DNA of 44,753 nucleotides from Chiloscyllium plagiosum (lineage: Eukaryota). The position numbers were made by a program, and so were the translations under genes. This document shows positions 34,831 through 44,753 of this stretch, in pieces (position 1 is the first letter of the stretch; every line of letters starts with the position of its first letter). Where the stretch lies: NCBI RefSeq assembly GCF_004010195.1, contig NC_057718.1, positions 91,141,651-91,186,403 of the forward strand, in the 5' to 3' direction. The notes under the pieces were generated by a model. The model did no database searches. It was not told the DNA's origin and was given only the letters and a program-made list of their open reading frames with translations.

Positions 34831-35071
34831 TTGCACAGACAAGTTATGCAGAGCCAAAATTAATAACTAAGTACTTTTGGGAGAAAGGATAGTGACATTT
34901 TTCCAAGCTAGCGGTTCCAGAGATAAACGATGCAATGAATTATCTTATTCTATGCGTTTTCTGGATATGACGAAGAAATCAGCTGAATTGATGTACTTCT
35001 GTCAGAATCCATGTATGTCCAATTTAGACAAGGACACTTAATTACATTAGCTCAGGACTGCACAGCCACAC

Positions 35072-35131
35072 CTTTTTATGAGGGATGAGTTCCAAGCATG
35101 CTTGATACACTTGTCTAGTCTTCTCTGGATC
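35072..35131 (-). CDS. CRNKL1: CRNKL1 coding exon (60 nt)
   Basis: DPEKTRQVYQACLELIPHKK; AG/GT. Confidence 0.96.
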
Positions 35132-35364
35132 CTGTACAGGAAGAGAAATTGAAGTTATAGAAAATATTTTCATAAATATCACAATTTTTTTCTGCAAATG
35201 CTAGATCATTTGTGATTTAAAAACTAAAATGCATAGATTTTTATTAACAAAGATATTAGGGAATATGGGTAAAGGCAGATATATGGAGTTAGGTTGCAGA
35301 TCAATCATGATCTGACATGAAGGTAGAACAAACTCCAGTGGTGAACTGGCTGATTCCTATCCTC

Positions 35365-35783
35365 GAGGAGAAAGTGAGGTCTGCAGATGCTGGAGATCAG
35401 AGATGGAAATGTGTTGCTGGAAGGAAGATTGCAGGTTAGGAAGGCGGTGCTGAATTTGATGGATTTGACTGAGACAGGGTGGGGGGAGGGGGAAATGAGG
35501 AAACTGGTGAAATCTGAGTTCATCCCTTGTGGTTGGAGGGTTCCTAGCTGGAAGATGAGGCGTTCTTCCTCCAACCGTTGTTTTGTTGTGGTCTGACGAT
35601 GGAGGATTCCAAAGACCTGCATATCCTTGGTGGAGTGGGAGGGGGAATTGAAATGTTGGGCTACAGGGTGGTTGGGTTGGTTGGTCCGGGTGTCCCAGAG
35701 GTGTTCTCTGAAATGCTCCGCAAGTAGCCTGTTCCCTGGATGCTGCCTGACCTGCTGCGCTTTTCCAGCAACACATTTCCAGC
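35365..35783 (-). mobile_element. Rearranged Penelope-like element (GIY-YIG C-terminus between inverted terminal-repeat pieces), 16-bp TSD
   Basis: TSD GCTGATTCCTATCCTC at 35349-35364 and 35784-35799. Minus strand reads LAEHFREHL...HPVAQHFNSPSHS..DMQVFG...RLEEERLIFQLGTLQPQGMN. Inserted in a LINE 3' tail (~35232-35364). Confidence 0.9.
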
Positions 35784-36465
35784 GCTGATTCCTATCCTCC
35801 TCAATTTAACCTATCCAAAATATATTTGAGAAATTACAAGTTAACTTCTTCTCAAAAATCTCTTCAACCTAGCCTGCTGGGATAAGGGACACGAAATTGT
35901 TCTAGGTGAGGAGCATGAAACAGGCTTATAGCGAAGTAGCAGCCAATTATAGAGTAAGCCAATTTTTATACTCTACTGACTTGGAAAATATCACCATGAT
36001 TTTTAATTTCAAATCAAGCAAAAGCAATAAAAAGGCAAAGACCCCAGAAAATATTGTGAACTATTATTCAGTGAACTTCATTGTAAAGACAAGTAGATTC
36101 TGTGAAACATTGGAAGCCAGATCTGAGAGTCTTTTTTTCCACTATATATAGTGGAACTTTGGTCTGAAACAGTATTCCAGTTATTGCAATATAGAAAGTG
36201 ACATCATATTCCCAACATTATTACAAATTTTGGTACTGCAGCTTATCAAAGCAGATCACATTTTTGTTTTAGAAGTTGTTGAAGAATAGTAAATAAAAAA
36301 AATCAGTGTTTCAATTATATAAAAAAAACACTTCCCAGATGAATAATCGGATAAGCAGATTGTCTGTCCGTTTTTATCTACAGAACCTGTGCAACCATGG
36401 AAAATGTAGCTGCAAAGTAACCTCGCATTATATAATTTGTCGACAAACTGAAGTCAAATCAGTAC

Positions 36466-36657
36466 CTTTGCCTCCAATTCTTCAAACAACGCATAGTTGA
36501 CCCATAAGTAAATATATCTCCTCCAGTGCCTCTTTTCCTGAATGGGTGGTACATTGGCTATTGCACGCTCATATACTTCATGTACTGTATCAAGATCTCC
36601 ATCGCTTTCAACTAGTCGAAGGTAGTCAAACCAGGCATCATAATTATGTGGATTCGC
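36466..36657 (-). CDS. CRNKL1: CRNKL1 coding exon (192 nt)
   Basis: [68 protein letters not shown]. Confidence 0.97.
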
Positions 36658-37139
36658 CTTTCAGAAATGTACAGGATCTTAAATTATTTACTATATATTG
36701 ATATGGTAGATTATTTTAAACTTATTTTAAAGAACACATTTTTCTCACGCGCCAACCACACCAACAGCATGCTAATGAATGCCACCAACCAAATGGCGTG
36801 ATTTTTTTTCTGCTTCCATGCCAATAAAAAGATTACATTTTAGGATAGAAAATGTTCATGACTGGGACAGCATCTGAGTTCCCTTCCACAATGTGATCTT
36901 AAACCATCGTTACTATGGTATAGAGAGCTACTGAGCATGATCACAAGTTCAGTCATGTCAGCAGGCATTCGTGAGATCTCAAAATATGACAACAGCAGAG
37001 TCAGGCAAAAACAATTATCCACTGCATCATTTGGCTAGCATAGCAAATTCAGGGAATCATCTCTCATTAGGCTAAGATTCTTTGTACTAAAACACTAGTT
37101 TCTCCAGTGAAGCTCATCAACCCTTATTGTTGTGTTGCA

Positions 37140-38000
37140 AATTTTGTCATTTACATAAATGATTTGGATGCAAGCATAAGAGGTCCAGTTAGTAAGTTTG
37201 CAGATGATACCAAAATTGGAGGTGTAGTGAACAGCGAAGAGGGTTACCTCAGATTACAACAGGATCTGGACCAGATGGGCCAATGGAGTTTAATTCAGAT
37301 AAATGCGAGGTCCTGCATTTTGGGAAAGCAAATCTTAGCAGGACTTATACACTGAATGGTAAGGTCCTAGGGAGTGTTACTGAACAAAGAGACCTTGGAG
37401 TGCAGGTTCATAGCTCCTTGAAAGTGGAGTCGCAGGTAGATAGGATAGTGAAGAAGGNNNNNNNNNNNNNNNNNNNNNNNNNNNNNNNNNNNNNNNNNNN
37501 NNNNNNNNNNNNNNNNNNNNNNNNNNNNNNNNNNNNNNNNNNNNNNNNNNNNNNNNNNNNNNNNNNNNNNNNNNNNNNNNNNNNNNNNNNNNNNNNNNNN
37601 NNNNNNNNNNNNNNNNNNNNNNNNNNNNNNNNNNNNNNNNNNNNNNNNNNNNNNNNNNNNNNNNNNNNNNNNNNNNNNNNNNNNNNNNNNNNNNNNNNNN
37701 NNNNNNNNNNNNNNNNNNNNNNNNNNNNNNNNNNNNNNNNNNNNNNNNNNNNNNNNNNNNNNNNNNNNNNNNNNNNNNNNNNNNNNNNNNNNNNNNNNNN
37801 NNNNNNNNNNNNNNNNNNNNNNNNNNNNNNNNNNNNNNNNNNNNNNNNAGGCATTTGGATGGGTATATGAATAGGAAGGGTTTGGAGGGATATGGGCCGG
37901 GTGCTGGCAGGTGGGACTAGATTCGGTTGGGATATCTGGTAGGCATGGACGGGTTGGACCGAAGGGTCCGTTTCCATGCTGTACATCTCTATGACTCTAA
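37140..38000 (+). mobile_element. CR1 3' fragment (young-looking), spanning the assembly gap
   Basis: FVIYINDLD...SKFADDTKIGG and KCEVLHFG; tail CTCTATGACTCTA. Confidence 0.92.
37458..37848. other. Assembly gap (391 N)
   Basis: Run of N. Confidence 1.
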
Positions 38001-38049
38001 CTATACACATAAATGCAGGAAATCCTAAGAGGAAACCTATTTTAAAATA

Positions 38050-39187
38050 CAGGTAGTTCTCCTATAACACCATAATTGCGTTCCAGCTAAACCTTTCTTA
38101 ATAGAAAATCGTTAAATAGAAAAAATAGGACCTATGGAAAAAGGAAGGTTAGGGACAGACATGTGCAAAACGGTGGCGTGGAAATTGGTGCATGTGCAGA
38201 ACAGCACAAAGACTGGCAATGATGTCGCGCATGTGCAGAACGGCACAGAAATTTTGGCATGCACATTGGCACATGCGCAGAATGAAGTGTGCAAACCGAT
38301 CCCTGCCAATGGAGGTAAGTGTTCTCCAAACTCCCATTCCCTAATTCTTTAGTGACGTTACAGCCAAATTGCACTGCTGAAATGCACAACAGATAGTTCT
38401 CCTATAATGCCTCAGTTGCATTCCAGTGAAACCTCGCTTAATACAAAGTCTCTTAACGTAAATAATTTGGCCTATGGGAAAAGTGGGGTTAGGGCTAGAC
38501 CAGCAAAAAAATTACTTACAATTGCTCAAAAAATAACCAAAAGCCTAACATAAGGTATAGTTCAGTGTGAATGAAGATATAAATCATATTTATTAATGAA
38601 ATTAAAGTGAATTTAATACATCACATGGAAAAAATATTGCTAATGCAGGAACAGAGGGTCACCATCACCACTACCCTCAGTGGTGGTTGCAGAAGTGTGT
38701 GGCTGTGGTTGATTGTCTTCTGTTTCTTGGGGGTTGGTTTAGATTGTGCAATATGCAAGTACAAGAACAAATTAGAAAGGCAAATGGTATACATAAGAGT
38801 AATGCAACACTGCAGGAATTATACAGGGCTTCTACAGGAATTAGTCTTCGAGGAGAAAGTGAGGGCTGCAGATGCTGGAGTTCAGTTCTACAGGAATTAT
38901 ACAAGAATATTCTTGTCTCAGAAGGAGAGCAATGAACATTCGTTGGTTTAACTTTTGAGGTGAAGCTGCTGAGTGTACAGTACTGTACCTCTCACATGCT
39001 CTGTCGGCAGCTAACATCACTGCATGCGTAAAACGAAGTGCGCGAAACAATCGCCCATGGAATCGCTGTATTGCGAACAGAGGGAAGCGCTCTCAAAAAC
39101 ACCATCCTTTAATTCTTCAGCAATGTTATAGCCAAATAGTGCTGCCAAAACGTGCTGCCAAAACATACTTTATATGAAAACTACCTG
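38050..39187. mobile_element. Composite Tc1/mariner (Tigger/pogo-like) MITE: two related copies in tandem or nested
   Basis: TA|CAGGTAGTTCTCCTATAA at 38048 and TTATATGAAAACTACCTG|TA ending at 39189. A second left end CAGATAGTTCTCCTATAA at 38390 shares ~100 bp of similarity with 38050-38155. Confidence 0.75.
38844..38885 (-). mobile_element. 42-bp insertion of the extreme end of the PLE terminal repeat, 14-bp TSD
   Basis: TSD TTCTACAGGAATTA at 38830-38843 and 38886-38899. The insert GAGGAGAAAGTGAGGGCTGCAGATGCTGGAG matches 35365-35395 and the reverse complement of 667-694. Confidence 0.8.
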
Positions 39188-40485
39188 TATACCAGCACAA
39201 AATCTGACAGACCAACACATGCGATATTTTTACTATCATACTATGGATACCAGAGAAGCTTAGCAGCTGTGGCAACCAAGAAATCTTTGGATCTCCAAAG
39301 AACAATCATTAGAAATAACAGAAATGTTATTTCTGTTTTTCTCTCTCCATAGATGCCGCCAGACTCGAGTTTCACCAGCACTTTCTTTGAGCACATACAT
39401 AGTTTCTAGCAAGCCCCTCTAAGCCACCTAACCCCACACACTTCACTTGTCAATCACACTTATTCTGCCTAAACACAGGTGTCAATTTTCCCTTTCCTCA
39501 CAACTGTTTAGTTTCATGACCATGCAATGCACCAGTCCACATATCACTGCAGAAACTTCACAGAGATTTGACCGACATAATGCTTTTCCTGCTGCTGAAG
39601 CTATAATTTACAGAAGACATCTTCTAGACAACAGTTAATACAGACTGTTACTGGCTGAGGCAGGGCAAATGTTTTCCTTAATTTCATAGTGAAATAGAAT
39701 AGATTAGATTTGACTCTTCCATTGGCACAGTATATATTAGGTATTCTAGAATATCTCATACATATATCAATTCATTTACCAAGTTTGAATTAACAAACTA
39801 AAATAAAATACGAGGCACCTTTTTAGGCTGCCCAAATATTTTAGTCAAAGCTGTAACATTAAGACATTCCAAAAATACAACTACATCAGAACATTGGTTT
39901 TGCTCTCATTTCTTAGAAATATTCTAACTACCACAAATACTCTGCATAGGTTGTTGTTTTATTTCTGATGCAGTAGTATTACATTGAATTATGAAGACTG
40001 ATTGACGCAGATTTTGCTAAAGTGATGACACTCTGAGGAATGGATTTGCCAAGTTAATTTCATGCTGGCACCAGCTCCAGGGGATCTCTAGTGTCTGAAA
40101 ACAGTGATGTAACCAAGTAGGTTAGGGAGCCAATCATAGTGAAGAGTTCTCAGAGTCAGCAAAATAAGAAGGTTTATCACTTATTTTTATACTTTGATAG
40201 AAAGCATATCAAATAAAGATTAGGATGTAGACATTGGAATATAGTGTGGAACTTAAATATCAACCTGTTACAAAATGCATTAAAATCTGCAATTTTAGAG
40301 AAATTTTACATTCTTTAAACATAAAATTAGGTTTGAAGCAGCTATGACTATACATAAATACTGAGAAAATTACCAATCTGGATTTATTTTAATAATTGTA
40401 TTTATACGCAAGAGTTAGCTGTGCTGGAAGCAACCCATACAAAACAAGACTTGAGATGTGGTGTGAGGTAAACATAAGAAGGGCA

Positions 40486-40703
40486 TTCATATTCTGAAAT
40501 GACTAAACTCAGCATTGAGTCCTGATGGCTATAAGGTACCCAGGCAGAAGAAGAGATGTTGTTCCTCCAGCTTCTGTCTCAGGCCTGCTGGCTATGCTGA
40601 GCAAGACTCAACATAAGCCAGAGGAACAACACAACATCTTCTGCCTAGATATTTTATAGCCTTTGGGACACAACATTGAGTTGAACAATTTCAGAATGTG
40701 AAC
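40486..40703. mobile_element. Fold-back PLE GIY-YIG C-terminal remnant
   Basis: Arms ~40486-40575 and ~40613-40703 are imperfect reverse complements. The minus strand of the left arm reads KLEEQHLFFCLGTL*PSGLNAEF. Confidence 0.7.
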
Positions 40704-40997
40704 ACCATCTCGAAGTTAGTTAGTTGGTCCTCCCCCTATACCTGTGGGTCCTGTTCCCAGCACAGCTAACCCATTTTCAATATCTGCAGTTCTTTATTAT
40801 TTAAATGATACTGAATGTCTGAAATGTAGGAAACATCTGTGTGCCAAGCAGACAAGTTAGTATTTCAGATCTAGACTTTACTCAAAACAACTGAGATGCT
40901 TGGTTCCTTCACATATGCTGCCCAATGTATGTTTACAGTTTTGAAAAGGTAAGTTTTTTTTTGTAAGACAGATCTAGAAAGATAAAACAAATCTTAC

Positions 40998-41168
40998 CCT
41001 GACTTCCTCCTCATACTGAAAGCGTCTTTTGCTGACAATAACATCTTCAATGCCTCTCCTGTCCCCAAACTTTTTCTCAAATACAGTATAGTTTTTGAAG
41101 AGCTCTTGAGCCTTCTGTTTGGCAATTCTATCAAGTGCGTATTTGTAGATAACTCTCACTCGATCAAA
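40998..41168 (-). CDS. CRNKL1: CRNKL1 coding exon (171 nt); the earlier exons lie beyond the window end
   Basis: FDRVRVIYKYALDRIAKQKAQELFKNYTVFEKKFGDRRGIEDVIVSKRRFQYEEEVR; AG/GTAAG. Confidence 0.97.
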
Positions 41169-42999
41169 CTAGAAATACAACAAAGTCACAACATTAGGTG
41201 GAAACGCTAATAAAGCATTTGATTCAAAAGCAGCAGAGACAGGAATAACAATTTTTGGTATAGAACATACAAATCTTTCAGGGTTTCATTAGCATAAAAT
41301 TATGAAAAAATTCAAACAATTAAGTTGCATGGATAAATTCATAAAACCATTATTTAAATGTAAAAGTTGTTTGAAAACGCTGATGTTTAATGAAAATTGA
41401 CACCGCAAAGGGATGAGATAGATTCTTACAATCGCTATTTTCAATCTCAGTTCTTCCCACTTATAAGGATTTTATATTTGATTATAAAATTAATCAAAAC
41501 TAAGCTTTATCCTGTCCTTGCTTTATATAATATGTGCAGATTTCACTAGCTAACTATTGTAACAGCAGAAATACTGGCTGATTTTCATCTTCATCTCAAC
41601 CACTGTTTGTACCATCTATCTCATTACGAATGAAGTGTTGAAATTTCCAATTGGTATTGTTCAATTATAAATGGGACAGTATGGTTATCATTAAGCCAGA
41701 TGAACAACTATCTTTCCTACTCTAATATTTTATGGTTATAGCTGAATGCTAAAAGCTAAAAAGCAGTCACATCTTTTAAGTTTGCAATGCTTTCTTACAT
41801 ATCAATCAAAGGAATTATATAAATCAGATTATACAGAACATAGTGCTTCAGACTCCCAACATTTAGGAAAGTTTAAATGTATAAATCAAACATAGTTATA
41901 AATTTCACAGGACACTGGAAATATTTGTGTAATGGAATATAACAGCATTCATCAAACTAGCCACCTCTTGCATGCAGCAAAATACCTATTAAGTTGGACT
42001 GTGGTGTTATGAGTACACATGGCTTTGATGTATAAATTTATCATATAATCCCTTTAAACTTTATCAGCAGCTTACAATATCTAGTTCTTAACACTGAATA
42101 ATTTAGTGGCTAAATCTCTTGTGTTAAAGAAAATTTGGAAATTTCTGTCAGAAATCATCTGGAACAATATATACAAGAAATAATATGCATTTAAGTAGCA
42201 TACATGTAAGCAGTTTTGCAATCCCCTTCCAAAATAGCATTAACAAATAAAGCTGTACTGAAATTTGTTTAAAAGTTTGAAGGATGACACGTATTGAGGT
42301 AAATAAAGAAGCGTCATACTCTTCCATCAGGAGAACATCAGCAAATTTTGATTAACAAATTGATTGAAGTAAACTATAGTCACATATCAAAGAGTCAATT
42401 ATTTAAATGAAAAAGGAATTAAACTTCTCAACATCAGACACCAGAGTAATAATTTGTTGTTTTTTTCTTCTTAATTTTTTTCTACATTAAACCATCAAAA
42501 TTTAGCATTCTTCATTTTTCAAAGAATCAGGACTATTCAAGCTTTGGACAGAACATTTTAAAGCAAATGCCAACACAGGAAATTTTAACATCATAGCAGC
42601 AGAAGACTATGAGACATCGGAGCAAAATTAGACTATTCAATCTATTCAGTCTGCTCCACCATTCAAAGAGATCATGGCTGATCTGATAATCCTTGACTCA
42701 AGGTGAGGGGGAGCAGTTTCATTTCATAATAACCCCATTTGACAAATGCATTCACTTTCACTACAATAATTTGAAAATCACATTACACTTTTCAGTCTAG
42801 CTAAACATCACTGCAGTGAACAAATGACAATGCTAATAATACCTAAAAATCTGGTCTTTGACAACTACAATCTCTAGCCCAAGCACTAGTTCCTTTTCTA
42901 TTGTGCAAATGCCATAAAAAGTGACATGTACTTATGATTCCCTTTCTCTAATTGCAGATGGGGGTAGAAGAATCATGCACATTCTGATCAAGAAAATCG

Positions 43000-43345
43000 T
43001 AGAATCATAGAATCCCTACAGTGTGGAAATAGGCTCTTTGGCCCAACAAGTCCACACCAACCCTCTGAAAAGTATCCCACCCAAACCCATTCCCCATTAT
43101 TCTACATTTACCCCTGACTAACGCACCTAGCCTACACATCCCTAAACACTATGGGCAATTTAGCATGGCCAAATTACCTAACCTGCACATCTTTGGATTG
43201 TGGAAGGAAACTGGAGTACCTGGACGAAATGCACACAGATGCGGGGAGAATGTGCAAACTCCATATAGACAGTCGTCTGAGACTGGAATCAAACCTGGGT
43301 CGCTAGCGCTGTGAGGCTACAGTGCTAAACACTGAGCCACTGTGG
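43000..43345 (-). mobile_element. HE1-type tRNA-SINE
   Basis: Minus strand has box A TGGCTCAGTGT, box B GGTTTGATTCC and tail GATTCTATGATTCTA; homologous to 14541-14851. Confidence 0.9.
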
Positions 43346-43414
43346 CATGTGAGGAAGAAAACATTCTACTAAGTTTCTTCTGCACCCTCTCTAGTGCAAT
43401 CAGATCCCTCCTAG

Positions 43415-43840
43415 ACAGGTGCAGAGGAGATTTACCCGGATGTTGCCTGGGCTGGAATGTTTCAGTTATTGAAAGAAATTGGACAGACTGGGTTGTTGTC
43501 CTTGGAGTGAAGGAAACAGAGGGGAATCATCAGTGTTGTGTTAAAATTATGAGGGATGCAGATAAGGTGGACGGTCAGGGGTCATTGATTTAAAGAGCGA
43601 AGTTTAGAGGGGATGAGAGAAATTTTTTTCACTCAGTGTTGGGAATCCAGAGCTCCCAGACTAGTACAGGCAGAAACCTTCACAATATCCAAGTAGCATT
43701 TAGATGTATACTTGCGATACCAAGGCTTACAAGGATATGGGCCAACTGCTGGAATTAGAATAGTTAGGTGGTTGTTTTTGACTGGCACAGACGTGATGAG
43801 CCAAAGGGTTTTTTCTGTGCTGCTGGTCTCTACGACTCTG
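43415..43840 (+). mobile_element. Old CR1 3' remnant
   Basis: GTGCAGAGGAGATTTACC.GGATGTTGCC (VQRRFTRML) and a 3' tail ending CTCTACGACTCT. Confidence 0.7.
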
Positions 43841-43967
43841 AGATAAAGTATAGCAAAAAAGGAGGGATTGAAGGGCACTTGAAATACAAACTAGAGATAG
43901 GTAGGGCAAAGAGGTGACAGCACAGAGAAGTACAGTCAAACAGAAGACTTAAAGAAAGAGAAACAAT

Positions 43968-44291
43968 ACACAGTAGCTCAGTGGTTAGCACTGCTGCCTC
44001 ACAGTGCCAGGGTACCGGGTTCAATTCCCACCTCAGGCAACTATCTGTGTGGAGTTTGCACATTCTCCCCGTGTCTGTGTGGGTTTCCTCCGGGTGCTCC
44101 GGTTTCCTCCCACAATTCAAAGATGTGCAGGTTAGGTGGATTGGCTATGCTAAATTGCCCATAGTGTTAGGTACATTAGTTAGGGGTAAATGTAGGGGAA
44201 TAGGTTAGGTGGGTTGCTCTTCAGAGGGTCGGTGTGGATATGTTGGGTCGAAGGGCCTGTTTCCATACTGTAGGAAATCTAATCTAATCTA
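43968..44291 (+). mobile_element. HE1-type tRNA-SINE
   Basis: Box A TAGCTCAGTGG, box B GGTTCAATTCC, (TCTAA)n tail. Confidence 0.92.
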
Positions 44292-44374
44292 AAAAAAAAT
44301 TCAGACACAAACAGAAATAAAACAAAAGAAACAATGAGAGAGATAAAGCAAAAAAATTGAATATAAATAAAAAG

Positions 44375-44753
44375 AGATATAGACAATAGGTGCAGGAGTA
44401 GGCCATTCTGCCCTGCGAGCCTGCTCCACCATTCAATATGATCATGGCTGATCATCCTTAATCAGTATCCTGTTCCTGCCTTATCTCCATAACCCTTGAT
44501 TCCACTCTATCCAACTCTTTCTTAAATGAATCCAGAGAGTGGGCCTCCACTGCCCTCTGGGGCAGAGCATTCCACACAGCCACCACTCTCTGGGTGAAGA
44601 AGTTTCTCCTCATCTCTGTCCTAAATGGTCTACCCCTTATTTTTAAGCTGTGTCCTCTGGTTCGGCACTCACCCATCAGTGGAAATATGTTTCCTACTGC
44701 CAGAGTGTCCAATCCTTTAATAATCTTATATGTCTCAATCAGATCCCCTCTCA
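44375..44753 (-). mobile_element. CR1/L2-clade LINE 3' end (continues off the window)
   Basis: Minus ORF RTRGHSLKIRGRPFRTEMRRNFFTQRVVAVWNALP followed by a 3' UTR. Confidence 0.88.

Noticed and set aside
37283..38010. 195-200 aa ORFs in the ORF track
   Set aside because: Artefacts of translating through the N gap.
38158..38285. Regularly spaced repeats resembling a CRISPR array
   Set aside because: Eukaryotic intron, degenerate short units inside a TIR element, and no cas genes.
43970..44035. tRNA-like A and B boxes (also ~14785-14850 and ~43285-43345)
   Set aside because: They are SINE heads continuing into SINE body and tail, not tRNA genes.

Overview
Vertebrate genomic DNA, almost certainly from a cartilaginous fish. 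This is inferred from HE1-type SINEs, the partner CR1 LINEs, a SacSINE1/Deu-type SINE and abundant Penelope-like elements. The window holds the 3' parts of two convergent housekeeping genes. NAA20 (NatB catalytic subunit, + strand) contributes coding exons 2-6 at 5037-10962, with exon 1 upstream of the window, and its intron 2 is a minor-spliceosome (U12-type) intron. CRNKL1 (crooked neck / Syf3 splicing factor, - strand) contributes its last 8 coding exons at 41168-20878. Introns and the ~10 kb between the two stop codons are filled with CR1 and L2 LINE remnants, tRNA-SINEs, Tc1/mariner-type MITEs and many Penelope-like element (PLE) pieces. The most interesting layer is a set of minimal type-I hammerhead ribozyme motifs carried by PLE terminal repeats. 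These include a TSD-flanked 1.34-kb fold-back PLE with an intact hammerhead on each strand lying between the two genes' 3' ends, and several tiny (42-420 bp) TSD-flanked terminal-repeat insertions, some of which begin at the ribozyme core. An orphan LTR-like fragment with TATA, a long hairpin and AATAAA sits inside a CR1. There is one assembly gap (37458-37848). Family assignments come from recognised motifs; no database search was run.
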